A stretch of 58,324 nucleotides of DNA from the IMG/VR virus record IMGVR_UViG_3300043602_000067, positions 1 through 58,324 of that record. The stretch is one strand, 5' to 3'. Positions 1-9,134 of this stretch are shown here, piece after piece. The position numbers were made by a program, and so were the translations under genes. Position 1 is the stretch's first letter, and every line of letters starts with the position of its first letter. The DNA is from a virus (taxonomy: Duplodnaviria; Caudoviricetes). A model generated the notes under the pieces. It was not told where the DNA came from. It saw nothing but the letters and a program-made list of their open reading frames with translations, and searched no databases.

Positions 1-405
1 CAGCCACAGCGCCTGCCAGTGATCCACCGTCTCGGTGACGCTCTCCAGTTGGCGCACGTCGGCCGTGCCTTCTCGGATGATCTGCCTGTGCAACCCCCCC
101 TGGGTAGTTTTCCAGGCTACGCTCGGGAGGAGGCGGCATTTACGCGGGTCCGCCTCGTCCAGATCCGCCCACAGCACGTGGGTGGGCAGCGCGTACTCGC
201 TCTGCCGCCGCGGTTCGCTGAACACGAGCGGGCAGAAGTAGTTGTCCACACCCCCTTCAGGCCGTACGAAAATAGCCTTCTGGTGTTGGGGCCACCTGAA
301 CGCCGCGCTCTCGCTCCACCCGCGCGCGGTCTTCGCCGGGAGAAAGACGTACCCCTCTGTGCCCTGCCATATCTCGGCCAGAACACGACCAACGCGATCG
401 TCCAT
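1..405 (-). CDS. RepB-type DNA primase domain protein (probable primase/helicase N-terminus), runs off the window start
   Basis: Not in the ORF track; my translation from ATG at 405 gives MDDRVGRVLAEIWQGTEGYVFLP...NYFCPLVFSEPRR...LWADLDEADP...PSVAWKTT...HWQALWL, matching the YFCP / WADLD / HxQALW pattern of phage RepB-like primases. Confidence 0.7.
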   Translation of the reverse strand, partial: MDDRVGRVLAEIWQGTEGYVFLPAKTARGWSESAAFRWPQHQKAIFVRPEGGVDNYFCPLVFSEPRRQSEYALPTHVLWADLDEADPRKCRLLPSVAWKTTQGGLHRQIIREGTADVRQLESVTETVDHWQALWL

Positions 406-409
406 CAGC

Positions 410-610
410 CTATGCCGCAGCCCTCGCTTGGATGGCCTTGTACCAGTCGGTCTTGGGCACCCGCTCCAGCTCGCTCTCGGGGATGATCCATGATCGGCCG
501 ACGCGCTCGTTCTTGATGTGGCCCTTGCGGCAGCGGTAGATCATCTGGTCGCGCCGCAGCCCGAGTGCTTCTCGGGCCTCGGTGGCGCTGATGTACGTCA
601 TTTTTGGCAT
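410..610 (-). CDS. Small helix-turn-helix DNA-binding protein (excisionase/Cro-like)
   Basis: YISATEAREALGL...IKNERVGRSWIIPESEL pattern; AGGAG RBS upstream. Confidence 0.7.
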   Translation of the reverse strand: MPKMTYISATEAREALGLRRDQMIYRCRKGHIKNERVGRSWIIPESELERVPKTDWYKAIQARAAA

Positions 611-655
611 TCGCTCTCCTTTTGCTCAGGATGGGAATTCCCTAAGAGCGACCAC

Positions 656-685
656 AGAGTAGCCTAAGAGCATAAGAGGCGTCAA
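656..685 (-). promoter_or_regulatory. Leftward sigma70-type promoter with (C)CTAAGAG boxes
   Basis: Minus strand TTGACG-N18-TACTCT; TAAGAG repeats at 643, 665 and 673 lie in and beside the spacer. Confidence 0.55.
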
Positions 686-789
686 CCACGGCGTGGGCGA
701 GGTCGAGCTTGGAAACTTGTCAGACAACCTTGCTACCTGACCCTCGCGCGCGTTCCATATACGCGGGGAGCGCTGACCGAGGCTGCCCC

Positions 790-848
790 GTCAACCGTCT
801 AGGTGGGCGAAATAGACAGTTGACATGGCTACGCCGTAGTGCTACCGT
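790..848 (+). promoter_or_regulatory. Rightward sigma70-type promoter with 12-bp inverted repeat over the -35
   Basis: TTGACA(820)-N17-TACCGT(843); GTCAACCGTCTA-N11-TAGACAGTTGAC at 790-824. Confidence 0.6.
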
Positions 849-889
849 TCGGTCAACGAATTCACTCCATAGCCGAAAGGAAGGTGCAC

Positions 890-1693
890 ATGACCGAGAC
901 ATTGGAAGAGCAGGCAGGCAAGGAAACGATCGACAGCCGCGAGTTGTACGACCGCCTGAACGAGTTGGAGGACATTGCCAACTCAGCTCGTCCTCCTCAT
1001 CGTCATCCCACGTGCGCTCGTTCGCCTCTACCGCTGATGAGGCTGCTCGACCTGTTCTGTGGTGGTGGTGGTGGGGCCGCAATGGGCTACCACCGCGCAG
1101 GCTGGGAGGTTGTCGGCGTGGACAACCAGAAGCAAGGTAACTACCCGTTCACGTTCGTCCGAGGTGACGCCTTGCAGTACCTCGCGGAGCACGGCCACGA
1201 GTACGACGCCATCCACGCAAGCCCACCCTGTCAGCTCTATACCCGCAAGGATGCCAATTGGGGCAGGAAGCGCACGCACTGGCTAGAGCACCCCGACTTG
1301 ATCGGACCGACCCGCGAAGGACTGGAAGAGACTGGCCTGCCCTACGTCATCGAGAACGTGCCCGGTGCGCCGATACGGACCGACTTGATGCTGTGCGGCA
1401 CTATGTTCGATGAAACGAATATCAAGAAGCACCGGCTATTCGAGGCCAACTGGCAACTGCCCCGAGCGCCACGTCCGTGCGGCGATCACTCGCAGTGCTA
1501 CAACCCGTGGTCGAGGCCGGGTCGTAACGCGGCAAAACTGCGCGCCGCGATGGGTATCGGCTGGTTGCCGATCAGCGGCGGAGCGTCACGCAAGGCTGGC
1601 TACACCGGGGACCTATTTAACGCCATCCCACCGGCCTACACCAACTACATCGGGCGAGCACTACTGGAAACGCTACGAAAGGAAGGTGACTGA
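890..1693 (+). CDS. C5-cytosine DNA methyltransferase (short phage type)
   Basis: LLDLFCGGGG SAM motif, HASPPCQ catalytic motif, VIENV; RBS before ATG 890; catalytic domain begins near ATG 1037. Confidence 0.8.
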   Translation: MTETLEEQAGKETIDSRELYDRLNELEDIANSARPPHRHPTCARSPLPLMRLLDLFCGGGGGAAMGYHRAGWEVVGVDNQKQGNYPFTFVRGDALQYLAEHGHEYDAIHASPPCQLYTRKDANWGRKRTHWLEHPDLIGPTREGLEETGLPYVIENVPGAPIRTDLMLCGTMFDETNIKKHRLFEANWQLPRAPRPCGDHSQCYNPWSRPGRNAAKLRAAMGIGWLPISGGASRKAGYTGDLFNAIPPAYTNYIGRALLETLRKEGD

Positions 1694-2160
1694 TGACCGA
1701 TATGACCGAGATTTACGAGGAAGGCAACGGCCCGCCGCGCTACGTCGCACGGCTGTCCCGTACCGCGCAGGGAGTGCGCACGTTCACCGTGGGCATGAGC
1801 CTGAACGGGGACGCCATCAGTGACGAGGCTGTGGGGCGACTGTTCGCTTTGGAGAATGCGATCACCAGGCAGATCGACGGCCCGCGCAAGAGCGCCAAGC
1901 TGTCGGGCCAGAGCGTCACCGCCCAGCTTCGCAAGAGCCTGGTGGTGGAACTGCTGCGCAAGCTATCGACGGCTGGAAAGCGTAGCGGCCAGTTTGTACC
2001 GCGCGAGTTGACCACGCAGGAGTTGCTAGCTGGCCTGCCCAATACCACGCGTAGCCAACTCGTGGCCGACCTGAGCGCACTGGTCCGCGAGGGCGTGCTG
2101 GATGTCGAGCAGAGCAAGGGTCGCAACCCGAGCAAGTACCGACTGGCGGCAGGCAAGTGA
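1693..2160 (+). CDS. Hypothetical protein with C-terminal winged-helix-like region
   Basis: LTTQELLAGL...TRSQLVADLSALVREGVLDVEQSKGRNPSKYRL; coupled to neighbours. Confidence 0.5.
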   Translation: MTDMTEIYEEGNGPPRYVARLSRTAQGVRTFTVGMSLNGDAISDEAVGRLFALENAITRQIDGPRKSAKLSGQSVTAQLRKSLVVELLRKLSTAGKRSGQFVPRELTTQELLAGLPNTTRSQLVADLSALVREGVLDVEQSKGRNPSKYRLAAGK

Positions 2161-2426
2161 AGGTCTATCAATCGATTGGTGACAAGCTGATCGAGCATGA
2201 GCTTTCCGAGATCCTAGGCAGCAGCCGCACCGTATGCGACCTGCTGGTGGAGAACGCGTACACGCCCGAGACAACCGAGGGGATTGCCAACGAGGTATGG
2301 CACGCGGACTACCAGGCTCCCGCTGAGGTCATTCCTTGCCGCTTCTGCGAAAACCCTACCGAACACCCCTCGTACGGACCTACGTTCTTTGACGAGGACG
2401 AGATCCGCCGAGTGAACGAGCTATGA
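2157..2426 (+). CDS. Hypothetical protein
   Basis: GTGA/ATGA overlaps with both neighbours. Confidence 0.5.
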   Translation: MKVYQSIGDKLIEHELSEILGSSRTVCDLLVENAYTPETTEGIANEVWHADYQAPAEVIPCRFCENPTEHPSYGPTFFDEDEIRRVNEL

Positions 2427-2641
2427 CCGACGAGTACATCAGTCCCTACCCCGACGATCGCATCAGCCGCGACGAGCTGGAGCGCTTGCTGCGGGGCAAC
2501 GTCTACATGCGTCGCCTGACGCTGGCGAAGCTCATCGCGGCCAACGCCACCGATAGAGCCGTGAAGGAAGCCGAGAACGCCCTGGCCGCTGCTGAGCAGC
2601 GAGCACGGGAGGAGGGAGTTGCACCATGGGCATCCAAGTAA
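2423..2641 (+). CDS. Hypothetical protein
   Basis: ATGA overlap, operon context. Confidence 0.5.
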   Translation: MTDEYISPYPDDRISRDELERLLRGNVYMRRLTLAKLIAANATDRAVKEAENALAAAEQRAREEGVAPWASK

Positions 2642-3021
2642 CTGACGAGCGCAACGTGGCGCTGTTCGACTCCGTGACCGGCGTCGCGTTCGGCCCGGTG
2701 TTCGATGACGTGCCCGAGGCCGAGGCTTTCGTGAGGTGGTGGAACGATCGTCATGTAGCCACTCAGCAAGTGGACTGGCTGAGCGGCATGAACGCCGACG
2801 CAATCACTCAGCGAGCAATCACCAGCGAGTGGCGTACCCACCTCACGGACCACGCGCAGGACGATTGCCCATGGGACCGCGACGTTGACTCGTACGGTCA
2901 GGGGTTCACAGGCGACAGCGACAAGAGCCACGGCGACTACACGGCGGCAACGCCGGACTCGTGCAGTTGTGAGTGCCACAAGCGGCCAGGCGGCGCATTC
3001 GTCGCAGAAGGGAGGCGGTAA
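2626..3021 (+). CDS. Hypothetical protein
   Basis: GGAGG RBS, operon context. Confidence 0.55.
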   Translation: MGIQVTDERNVALFDSVTGVAFGPVFDDVPEAEAFVRWWNDRHVATQQVDWLSGMNADAITQRAITSEWRTHLTDHAQDDCPWDRDVDSYGQGFTGDSDKSHGDYTAATPDSCSCECHKRPGGAFVAEGRR

Positions 3022-3452
3022 TGGACATACAGGTTCACGGCGTCAAGTACCACCGCAACGGCGTGAGCGGGCAGGGGTTTTTCCTCGTCGGCTTCACGTG
3101 GGTGCAAACCGATGTGTACGGACAGGAGCCGTACTCGCACGAGATGGTCGGGTGGGTCTACTCGCCGCTCACCGTGGGCGGCACCGACGAGCCGAACCCG
3201 ATCGACTGGCGGAGCCTGAAACTCGATATGGCCTACGGCGTGATCGACTTGGCCGAGCCGTGGAACACGTGGCGAGGCGATCATTTCTTCCCTGATCTGT
3301 GCGCGGCTATCGAGCAAGCCGACATCGACGGCTCGTCATTCAGCGAGCGCGGCACGTCATGGGATGACAAGCTCACACCGGGCGTGCCCCGACTCGTGCT
3401 GGAACCTGAGACTCGGCTGGTCGGTGAGGGCGTACGGATGGGTCGCATATGA
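3021..3452 (+). CDS. Hypothetical phage protein (YHRNGVSG motif)
   Basis: GGAGG RBS, TAATG overlap. Confidence 0.55.
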   Translation: MDIQVHGVKYHRNGVSGQGFFLVGFTWVQTDVYGQEPYSHEMVGWVYSPLTVGGTDEPNPIDWRSLKLDMAYGVIDLAEPWNTWRGDHFFPDLCAAIEQADIDGSSFSERGTSWDDKLTPGVPRLVLEPETRLVGEGVRMGRI

Positions 3453-4243
3453 CCACCGTGGTAGCCGACCCGCTGAGGCCCGCGTCACTCGATGACGTTA
3501 TCGGCCAGAGCGATGTGGTGGACGCCCTGCGCATCGCGCTCAACGGCGCTGCTGCCCGAGGCGAGCTGCCGGGGCATGTGCTGCTGGGAGGCCCGGCAGG
3601 CACCGGCAAGACCACGCTGGCACTGTGCATCGCAGCGGCGGTAGGCGGTCGCCTGGTGTCGCTCATAGGTCCCTCTGTGCGCCGACCCAGCGACCTGCTG
3701 AGTACGCTGATGGTGGCGCAGGACAGGGACGTGATCTTCATCGATGAGATACACCGCATGTGGCGCCCGGCACAGGAGTTTCTCTTTCCGGTCATGGAGG
3801 ACGGCAAGCTGACATTCGAGAACACGGGCAGGACGGTGGAGATGCCACCGCTGCTGTTCATAGGCGCCACCACGGAGCCTGAGCGGTTGCTGACGCCGAT
3901 GCTTGACCGCTTCGCCACGATCCTGAAGCTGAGGCTGTACCGCGTCGATGAGCTGATGCTCATTGCCGATCGAGCGGCAGGCAAGCTGGGCTGCGCGCTG
4001 GGCGCAGGCGCATCTCGGGCGATAGCCGAGGCTGCCGCTGGCGTCCCTCGCGTGACCATCCGCCTGGTGAAAGCGGCACGCGACTACGCGTACGCGGACA
4101 TCGACCCTGTGAGTGTGAAGCTCTACAAGGCAGTGGTGCCACCCGAGCAACAGCGAGCCATTCGCATCGATGCCGAGGACGTGCGCGAAGTGCTGGCGTC
4201 ACCGGCCTACCAGTGGCGCATGGAAGGGAGAGAGGCAGGGTGA
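3449..4243 (+). CDS. ruvB: RuvB-like AAA+ ATPase lacking the C-terminal winged-helix domain
   Basis: LRPxSLDDVIGQ, HVLLGGPAGTGKTTLA (Walker A), IFIDEIHR (Walker B), MED, IGATT, LxxPMLDRF, GVPR. Confidence 0.85.
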   Translation: MTTVVADPLRPASLDDVIGQSDVVDALRIALNGAAARGELPGHVLLGGPAGTGKTTLALCIAAAVGGRLVSLIGPSVRRPSDLLSTLMVAQDRDVIFIDEIHRMWRPAQEFLFPVMEDGKLTFENTGRTVEMPPLLFIGATTEPERLLTPMLDRFATILKLRLYRVDELMLIADRAAGKLGCALGAGASRAIAEAAAGVPRVTIRLVKAARDYAYADIDPVSVKLYKAVVPPEQQRAIRIDAEDVREVLASPAYQWRMEGREAG

Positions 4244-4464
4244 TAACCGTATATATCGGTCATACGATCATCGACGATCTGTACCGCCACGTGCGCGATG
4301 GACACGGCCTACCGCTCTCAGGGGAGTGGACGCTGGACTCGCTGCTGGATACGCACCGGACGCTGCACAGCGTGAACGGCGGGCTGCAACAGTGCATCCA
4401 CGCGCCCGCCCACACGAGCGTGTGGCAGTGCGACCAGTACGTCTATACGGACATGAAAACGTGA
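4240..4464 (+). CDS. Hypothetical protein
   Basis: GTGA overlap with ruvB-like gene. Confidence 0.4.
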   Translation: MITVYIGHTIIDDLYRHVRDGHGLPLSGEWTLDSLLDTHRTLHSVNGGLQQCIHAPAHTSVWQCDQYVYTDMKT

Positions 4465-4546
4465 CTTACAATCGACCGACGCGAGAGGCGGGTGGCTCTC
4501 CAGGCGCCCGCCTCCGCTACTTGGAGAGAGGACGCCACGATGATCC

Positions 4547-5797
4547 ATGAGTAGCCAACCCGCTCCCGACTACGAGGATGACCACGGCCCTGAGCCGCAG
4601 GCACCGCCAGATGATGTGCTCACCGCCGCTGCCGAGCGCATAGCGGCGCAACGAGAGGAACAGGACGCCGACCACCGGGCGTACGTGGACTGGCAGGCAG
4701 AGCGCTGGGTACGCGCCATGGAGGTGGTACCCGACGAGGACGCGGATGCGCTCAACGAGGTCATGCTCGATTTCACCAACGTACCCCCGCGCGAGCTGCG
4801 CCCCGACCTGGCGGCGATCATGGATCGTTACGGCATCACCGGGGAAATGGATGCCGCCGACCTGCTGGACCTGCACATAGATCCACCGCGCACGATCGTC
4901 GAGGGCATCATCGCCGCAGGCACCACCGTGCTCGCCTCGCTGCCCAAGCTGGGCAAGAGCTGGATGTGTCTCCAACTGGCCATAGAGTGCGTGCTGGGGG
5001 GCACTTTCCTTGATCGCGACGTGGAGCAGGGTGACGTGCTGTACCTGCCCTTGGAGGACGGCCGCGGCAGGACGCAGAGCCGCATGGTCAAGGTGCTGGA
5101 TGGCAGGACGCTGCCACGCGGCAAGCTGACGGTGCGCTGGGATGCACCCCCACTGGGCGATGGCATGGAGGGCTTGATCGAGGAATGGCTAGATGCCCAC
5201 CCCGACGCGGCGATGGTCATCGTTGACACGCTGGGCCGGGTACGCACGCCGGGCGATGGCAGGCGCAATGCCTACCAGGTGGACGTACAGGACGTGGGTC
5301 GTCTGCAAAGCCTCGTGCGGGACAGGGCCGTGGCGCTCATCCTTGTGCACCACACCAAGAAGGGCAAGGAGGACGATTTCGTTGCCCAGGTGAGCGGCAC
5401 GCTGGGCATCGCAGGCAGCGCCGACACGATCCTCATCGTCAACCGCAAGCGGCTGGTCGAGGTGGGCACAGTGGACATCACCTCGCGCGAGCTGCCAGAG
5501 GCAGAGGTAGCGGTGCGCTTCGCTGACTCCATATGGCATAGCGCGCCCGATGCGCTACCCGGCGCAAGCGCCGCGAAAATGGCCGTTTACGACACGATCT
5601 CACTCCATGGACCACTCTGGCCGGTGGGCATCGGAAGGTTTCTGAGGAGTGAGAGGACCGCTGTGCAGCATCACTGCTCCTCACTCTTGCAGGACGGTGC
5701 GATAGTGCGCACAGCGGCCGGTTACGTCACTGCGGAGAGCATTGGAATGCAGGCTGGCAGCGTGGATGAGGACGGAAATCCTCACTCCATTCACTGA
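4547..5797 (+). CDS. AAA_25 / RepA-like RecA-fold helicase
   Basis: LASLPKLGKSW Walker A, VLYLPLED, MVIVDTL Walker B, ILVHHTKK, SGTLGIAGSAD. Confidence 0.85.
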   Translation: MSSQPAPDYEDDHGPEPQAPPDDVLTAAAERIAAQREEQDADHRAYVDWQAERWVRAMEVVPDEDADALNEVMLDFTNVPPRELRPDLAAIMDRYGITGEMDAADLLDLHIDPPRTIVEGIIAAGTTVLASLPKLGKSWMCLQLAIECVLGGTFLDRDVEQGDVLYLPLEDGRGRTQSRMVKVLDGRTLPRGKLTVRWDAPPLGDGMEGLIEEWLDAHPDAAMVIVDTLGRVRTPGDGRRNAYQVDVQDVGRLQSLVRDRAVALILVHHTKKGKEDDFVAQVSGTLGIAGSADTILIVNRKRLVEVGTVDITSRELPEAEVAVRFADSIWHSAPDALPGASAAKMAVYDTISLHGPLWPVGIGRFLRSERTAVQHHCSSLLQDGAIVRTAAGYVTAESIGMQAGSVDEDGNPHSIH

Positions 5798-5970
5798 TCT
5801 CACTGTGAGTGAGCAGAGTGAGCGTAGTGAGAAAATGCCCATAAATGGGCTTGTGTGTGTATCTCTCACTGCCTCTGTCAAAAGGAAGGTCCATGGGGTG
5901 TGTATATGGCTGTCTTTATATGAGTGAGGAGAGAGAGGGGTACCCGCGTACGCGCGTACGCGCGCGCGAG
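5780..5970. repeat. Origin-like region: clustered CTCACT/AGTGAG repeats, AT-richer stretch and CGCGTA/CGCG run
   Basis: Several direct and inverted CTCACT/AGTGAG copies immediately after the helicase gene; TACCCGCGTACGCGCGTACGCGCGCGCGAG at 5941-5970. Confidence 0.5.
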
Positions 5971-6234
5971 GCGACGGATGAGCTGAACGATCTGGCCTTG
6001 TCAGCGCCACGCGTCAAGAGTCGCCAGGTAAAGCGTTGGCGGGTGGTAGGGATGCCGCGTATCGGTGGCGTGCTGGTACGTCATCGACAAAGCGGTGAGG
6101 TCGTGCTGGTTGACCCGCGATCAGAGCAAAGGCGTACGCCCGGCTATTGCGTGGCGCCTGACGAGCATCGGGTCAACGCCTGGTACACACGTAATGGCTG
6201 GACCGAGTGCAGCACGTGCGTGGGGCACCCATGA
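5920..6234 (+). CDS. Hypothetical protein
   Basis: ORF ends in an ATGA overlap; start uncertain. Confidence 0.35.
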   Translation: MSEEREGYPRTRVRAREATDELNDLALSAPRVKSRQVKRWRVVGMPRIGGVLVRHRQSGEVVLVDPRSEQRRTPGYCVAPDEHRVNAWYTRNGWTECSTCVGHP

Positions 6235-6461
6235 CCTGCTCAGTCTGCGCAACGCCCATCGACAGTTCTCTCCAATACGCCTCGTGTGCGATCGAGGGCA
6301 CGTGCCTGGCGCACTGCTCCGATTTCGTTGGTCACTGCTCACCGGTACCCGAGCAGGAGCGCGAGGACGCGGCGCGAGCGCTGGACCTGGAAAGGCAGAT
6401 GCGAGAGCTAGATGCGTTCGGTGATGGCTGGGCAGGCATGGATGACGGCGATGGTGGCTGA
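6231..6461 (+). CDS. Small Cys-rich hypothetical protein
   Basis: CxxC...C...CxxHC pattern; ATGA overlap. Confidence 0.45.
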   Translation: MTCSVCATPIDSSLQYASCAIEGTCLAHCSDFVGHCSPVPEQEREDAARALDLERQMRELDAFGDGWAGMDDGDGG

Positions 6462-6536
6462 CTGCGCTCCCATCTGCGGATGTGAACGCCAATACCCCCT
6501 GGGTACCCCCCTGGTTGATTTTCAGGACGTGGACGA

Positions 6537-7040
6537 ATGAGGCAGGGAATTACGACGCGGCAGGCGATCGTGGTCATCAGTGAAGCTCTCGGCTGGCCGG
6601 TGTCCATAGGCAAGCTGCAACGGGTCATGGGCGAGTTGGACAAGGACGGCAGGCTGTCTGACGATCACGCGAATACGGGCATGCTGTACCCCGAGGATGT
6701 GGATGAGCTGTCTGGTGAGCTGTGGAGGATGCGTGCGGGCTGGTACCAGCGCAGGAATGTGAAAGGGGATATGTCGGCGTGGGTCATGGCCAAGCTGGGC
6801 GTGTGGCGCCTGCTGCGCATCCCGTACGCACGCACGTGGCTGAGCCAGGCAGAGCGGGAGAAGGATGAGCTACCGGACGAGGTGGTGGTTTATGCCTGGC
6901 CTACAGGGGAGCCGGTGGGCAAGCTGCTGCGGGTAGAGGATCGAGATGGCGTGCTGGCCTACGTGGACGCAGCCCTCTACACGAGATCCAAGCTGAGGCT
7001 GCATCGGGCGGTAGAAAGTCCAGCGGCCGACGAAAACTAA
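6537..7040 (+). CDS. Hypothetical protein
   Basis: 167-aa ORF, no recognised motif. Confidence 0.55.
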   Translation: MRQGITTRQAIVVISEALGWPVSIGKLQRVMGELDKDGRLSDDHANTGMLYPEDVDELSGELWRMRAGWYQRRNVKGDMSAWVMAKLGVWRLLRIPYARTWLSQAEREKDELPDEVVVYAWPTGEPVGKLLRVEDRDGVLAYVDAALYTRSKLRLHRAVESPAADEN

Positions 7041-7257
7041 TAGGCGAGCTTGTAAAGGAAAGCCCTAAGAGGCGCCCTAAGAGCCACCCCTGGCCGATGT
7101 AAGAAACCCATGTCCATGGGAATGGTAGGGATTGTTGTCTGGTTGGTAACTACCCTGGTTATCAGGTTGTCAGACAGATCGGCGCGTAGGCTCCGCCCTT
7201 GCGAGTTCGGCGGGTAGGCCGGGTCCGTTCGGCACAGTAGGCGCCGTCCTGGTAGAT

Positions 7258-7318
7258 GTCAACCGTCTAGGCGCCACAATCTGGACAGTTGACAGGCTAC
7301 GGTGTAGGGGTTTACAGT
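7258..7318 (+). promoter_or_regulatory. Second copy of the inverted-repeat promoter cassette
   Basis: GTCAACCGTCTA-N12-TGGACAGTTGAC; TTGACA(7289)-N18-TACAGT(7313). Confidence 0.6.
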
Positions 7319-7375
7319 CCGCCTAGCAGCTCGGCCGAACGTGCCGGGCGCCCCGTACACCGGAGGTTACATAGG

Positions 7376-7633
7376 ATGTCACGGACCCACCACAATGCGC
7401 GAGATGCGCGACGCTCAGAACGGGCATTAGCTCGCCAGCGTCGCTATGCCGCAACGGAAACGGCCGAACGGATTATCTCGGCCGAGAGTCACACCGATGC
7501 GCGGTATCTCCCCTACTACGCGGCCGATGGCCGAGAATTACCCGTTATCGTGGCCGAAGATGCCGAGGGTATCCACGTCCGTTACGCATCGGGCGCAACG
7601 GCGATCGTGGCCGGAATTGGCGGCGCAAAGTGA
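7376..7633 (+). CDS. Hypothetical early protein
   Basis: GGAGG upstream, first ORF after the promoter. Confidence 0.5.
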   Translation: MSRTHHNARDARRSERALARQRRYAATETAERIISAESHTDARYLPYYAADGRELPVIVAEDAEGIHVRYASGATAIVAGIGGAK

Positions 7634-8541
7634 GTGAGGCGATAGAAACCCGTTTCTATGATGCAACGGGCACGTTACTGTCCGATGATGCGGCGCCCGC
7701 CATACGGATAACGGGTAGCGCACCGGATGCCGCACGGTATCGGGTAGAGATCCTGCCCGACTACTATCCCGAAAGTCCGCGCGATATGACGGATGTAGCG
7801 CTAACGGAAATTGTGACCTGGCGCCACGATCGGCACGGCCTAGGCGATCGCGGACTAACGGATGGGGAGTCGGCCGCGCTAGAGCATGGTGGATGGGAAG
7901 CGTTGCGGAAGCATCTACAGCGCGCTACGGACGGCCTAGCGCTATTGCTTCCCATCTCGGGTATAGATCACTCGGGTATCTCACTGTGGATTGCATCCGG
8001 CCTAAACGAGACATCGCCTATGGATACGGCCGGATGGGATAGCGGCCAATGGGGTTTTCTACTCGTCACGGCCGAGCGTGCCCGCGAAGTAGGTCTGGAC
8101 CCGGCCGGGTATGGCGCGGAAACGGCTGAGTCTCCCGTAAATGTACGCCTAGGGTTCAGCTCAGTACCCGTGACAGTCTCGCGCATTGAGGCTAGCGCAC
8201 GTGCCGAGTTTGCCGAGTATGCCGCCTATGTCGGCGGCGATGTATACGGGTACTCGATTGAGAAGTTAGAAACCTGGACAAAATCGCCATTTCCTTTGGG
8301 TACCCAATGGCGCGAAACGGAAACCCGTACGGAATGGGAAACCGTAGGCGGATGCTCGGGTTTCTACGGGTCAGAAACTGCGAACCTGGCCTATGTATGG
8401 GAGTCGGCCGAGAGTGAGCTACTCGGCATCATCTCGGCCGAGAATGCGCCGCCTATTGCCGCGCACGATCACATAGGCGGCATCTACCCGAACTATTGCC
8501 GCGTATGCGGCGCGAATTTCACGCCGGAACTAGTCCGATGA
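7630..8541 (+). CDS. Conserved-looking phage early hypothetical protein (DHSGI / WDSGQ / GDVYGY / CSGFYG motifs)
   Basis: Motif set recalled from uncharacterised phage early proteins; function unknown. Confidence 0.6.
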   Translation: MSEAIETRFYDATGTLLSDDAAPAIRITGSAPDAARYRVEILPDYYPESPRDMTDVALTEIVTWRHDRHGLGDRGLTDGESAALEHGGWEALRKHLQRATDGLALLLPISGIDHSGISLWIASGLNETSPMDTAGWDSGQWGFLLVTAERAREVGLDPAGYGAETAESPVNVRLGFSSVPVTVSRIEASARAEFAEYAAYVGGDVYGYSIEKLETWTKSPFPLGTQWRETETRTEWETVGGCSGFYGSETANLAYVWESAESELLGIISAENAPPIAAHDHIGGIYPNYCRVCGANFTPELVR

Positions 8542-8852
8542 CTACGCGCGATCGATTGGAGTATCTCCGCGCGGAGATCCGCGCCGAGCGTATTAGCTAT
8601 GGCGAGATTGCTGAACTGTCTGACCTGGCGGAATACATAAACCCGAGTGATACCGAACTATTGGAGTGGGCCGGTGTGCCCGAATTCGGACCCGAGCGCG
8701 AAGCACAGGCGGAAGCGTACGCGCGACATAGCGGCGCAGTGACAATCGAATTCGCGCGAGATGACACCGGAAATCTGCGGCCAGTGGATTTTAGTTCGGA
8801 TGGGGTCGCATGGCCAGATAGCGGCGCCAGCGCGCCAGAAAGTGAGGTTTAG
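8538..8852 (+). CDS. Hypothetical early protein
   Basis: RLEYLRAEIRAERISYGEIAEL...LLEWAGVPE; ATGA overlap. Confidence 0.6.
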   Translation: MTTRDRLEYLRAEIRAERISYGEIAELSDLAEYINPSDTELLEWAGVPEFGPEREAQAEAYARHSGAVTIEFARDDTGNLRPVDFSSDGVAWPDSGASAPESEV

Positions 8853-8855
8853 ATA

Positions 8856-9134
8856 ATGGCGGCATTGAGGGGCACAATCGAGGGTGATAGGACCCGTGCA
8901 AACAGTGACGCGGTTTCTACGCGTCTAGCAGATAGGCGCCTAACGGCTCGCGCTGACACATGGCGCACGTTTGCCACAATCGAACTGAACCGTGACGGTA
9001 GCGGCGCAGTGACAGTGAAACAGAATGGCGCGACGATATTGCATGCCGAGTTCAGCTCGGAAACGGCCGAGATGCCGCACGTAGCGGTGCGCACGGTGGG
9101 CGATCCTGATATGGCGCCCGGAGTGATCGAGTGA
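8856..9134 (+). CDS. Hypothetical early protein
   Basis: GAGG RBS, operon context. Confidence 0.55.
   Translation: MAALRGTIEGDRTRANSDAVSTRLADRRLTARADTWRTFATIELNRDGSGAVTVKQNGATILHAEFSSETAEMPHVAVRTVGDPDMAPGVIE

Noticed and set aside
1059-1076. GGT microsatellite as a phase-variation tract
   Set aside because: Triplet run encoding the Gly-rich SAM-binding loop; slippage would keep the frame
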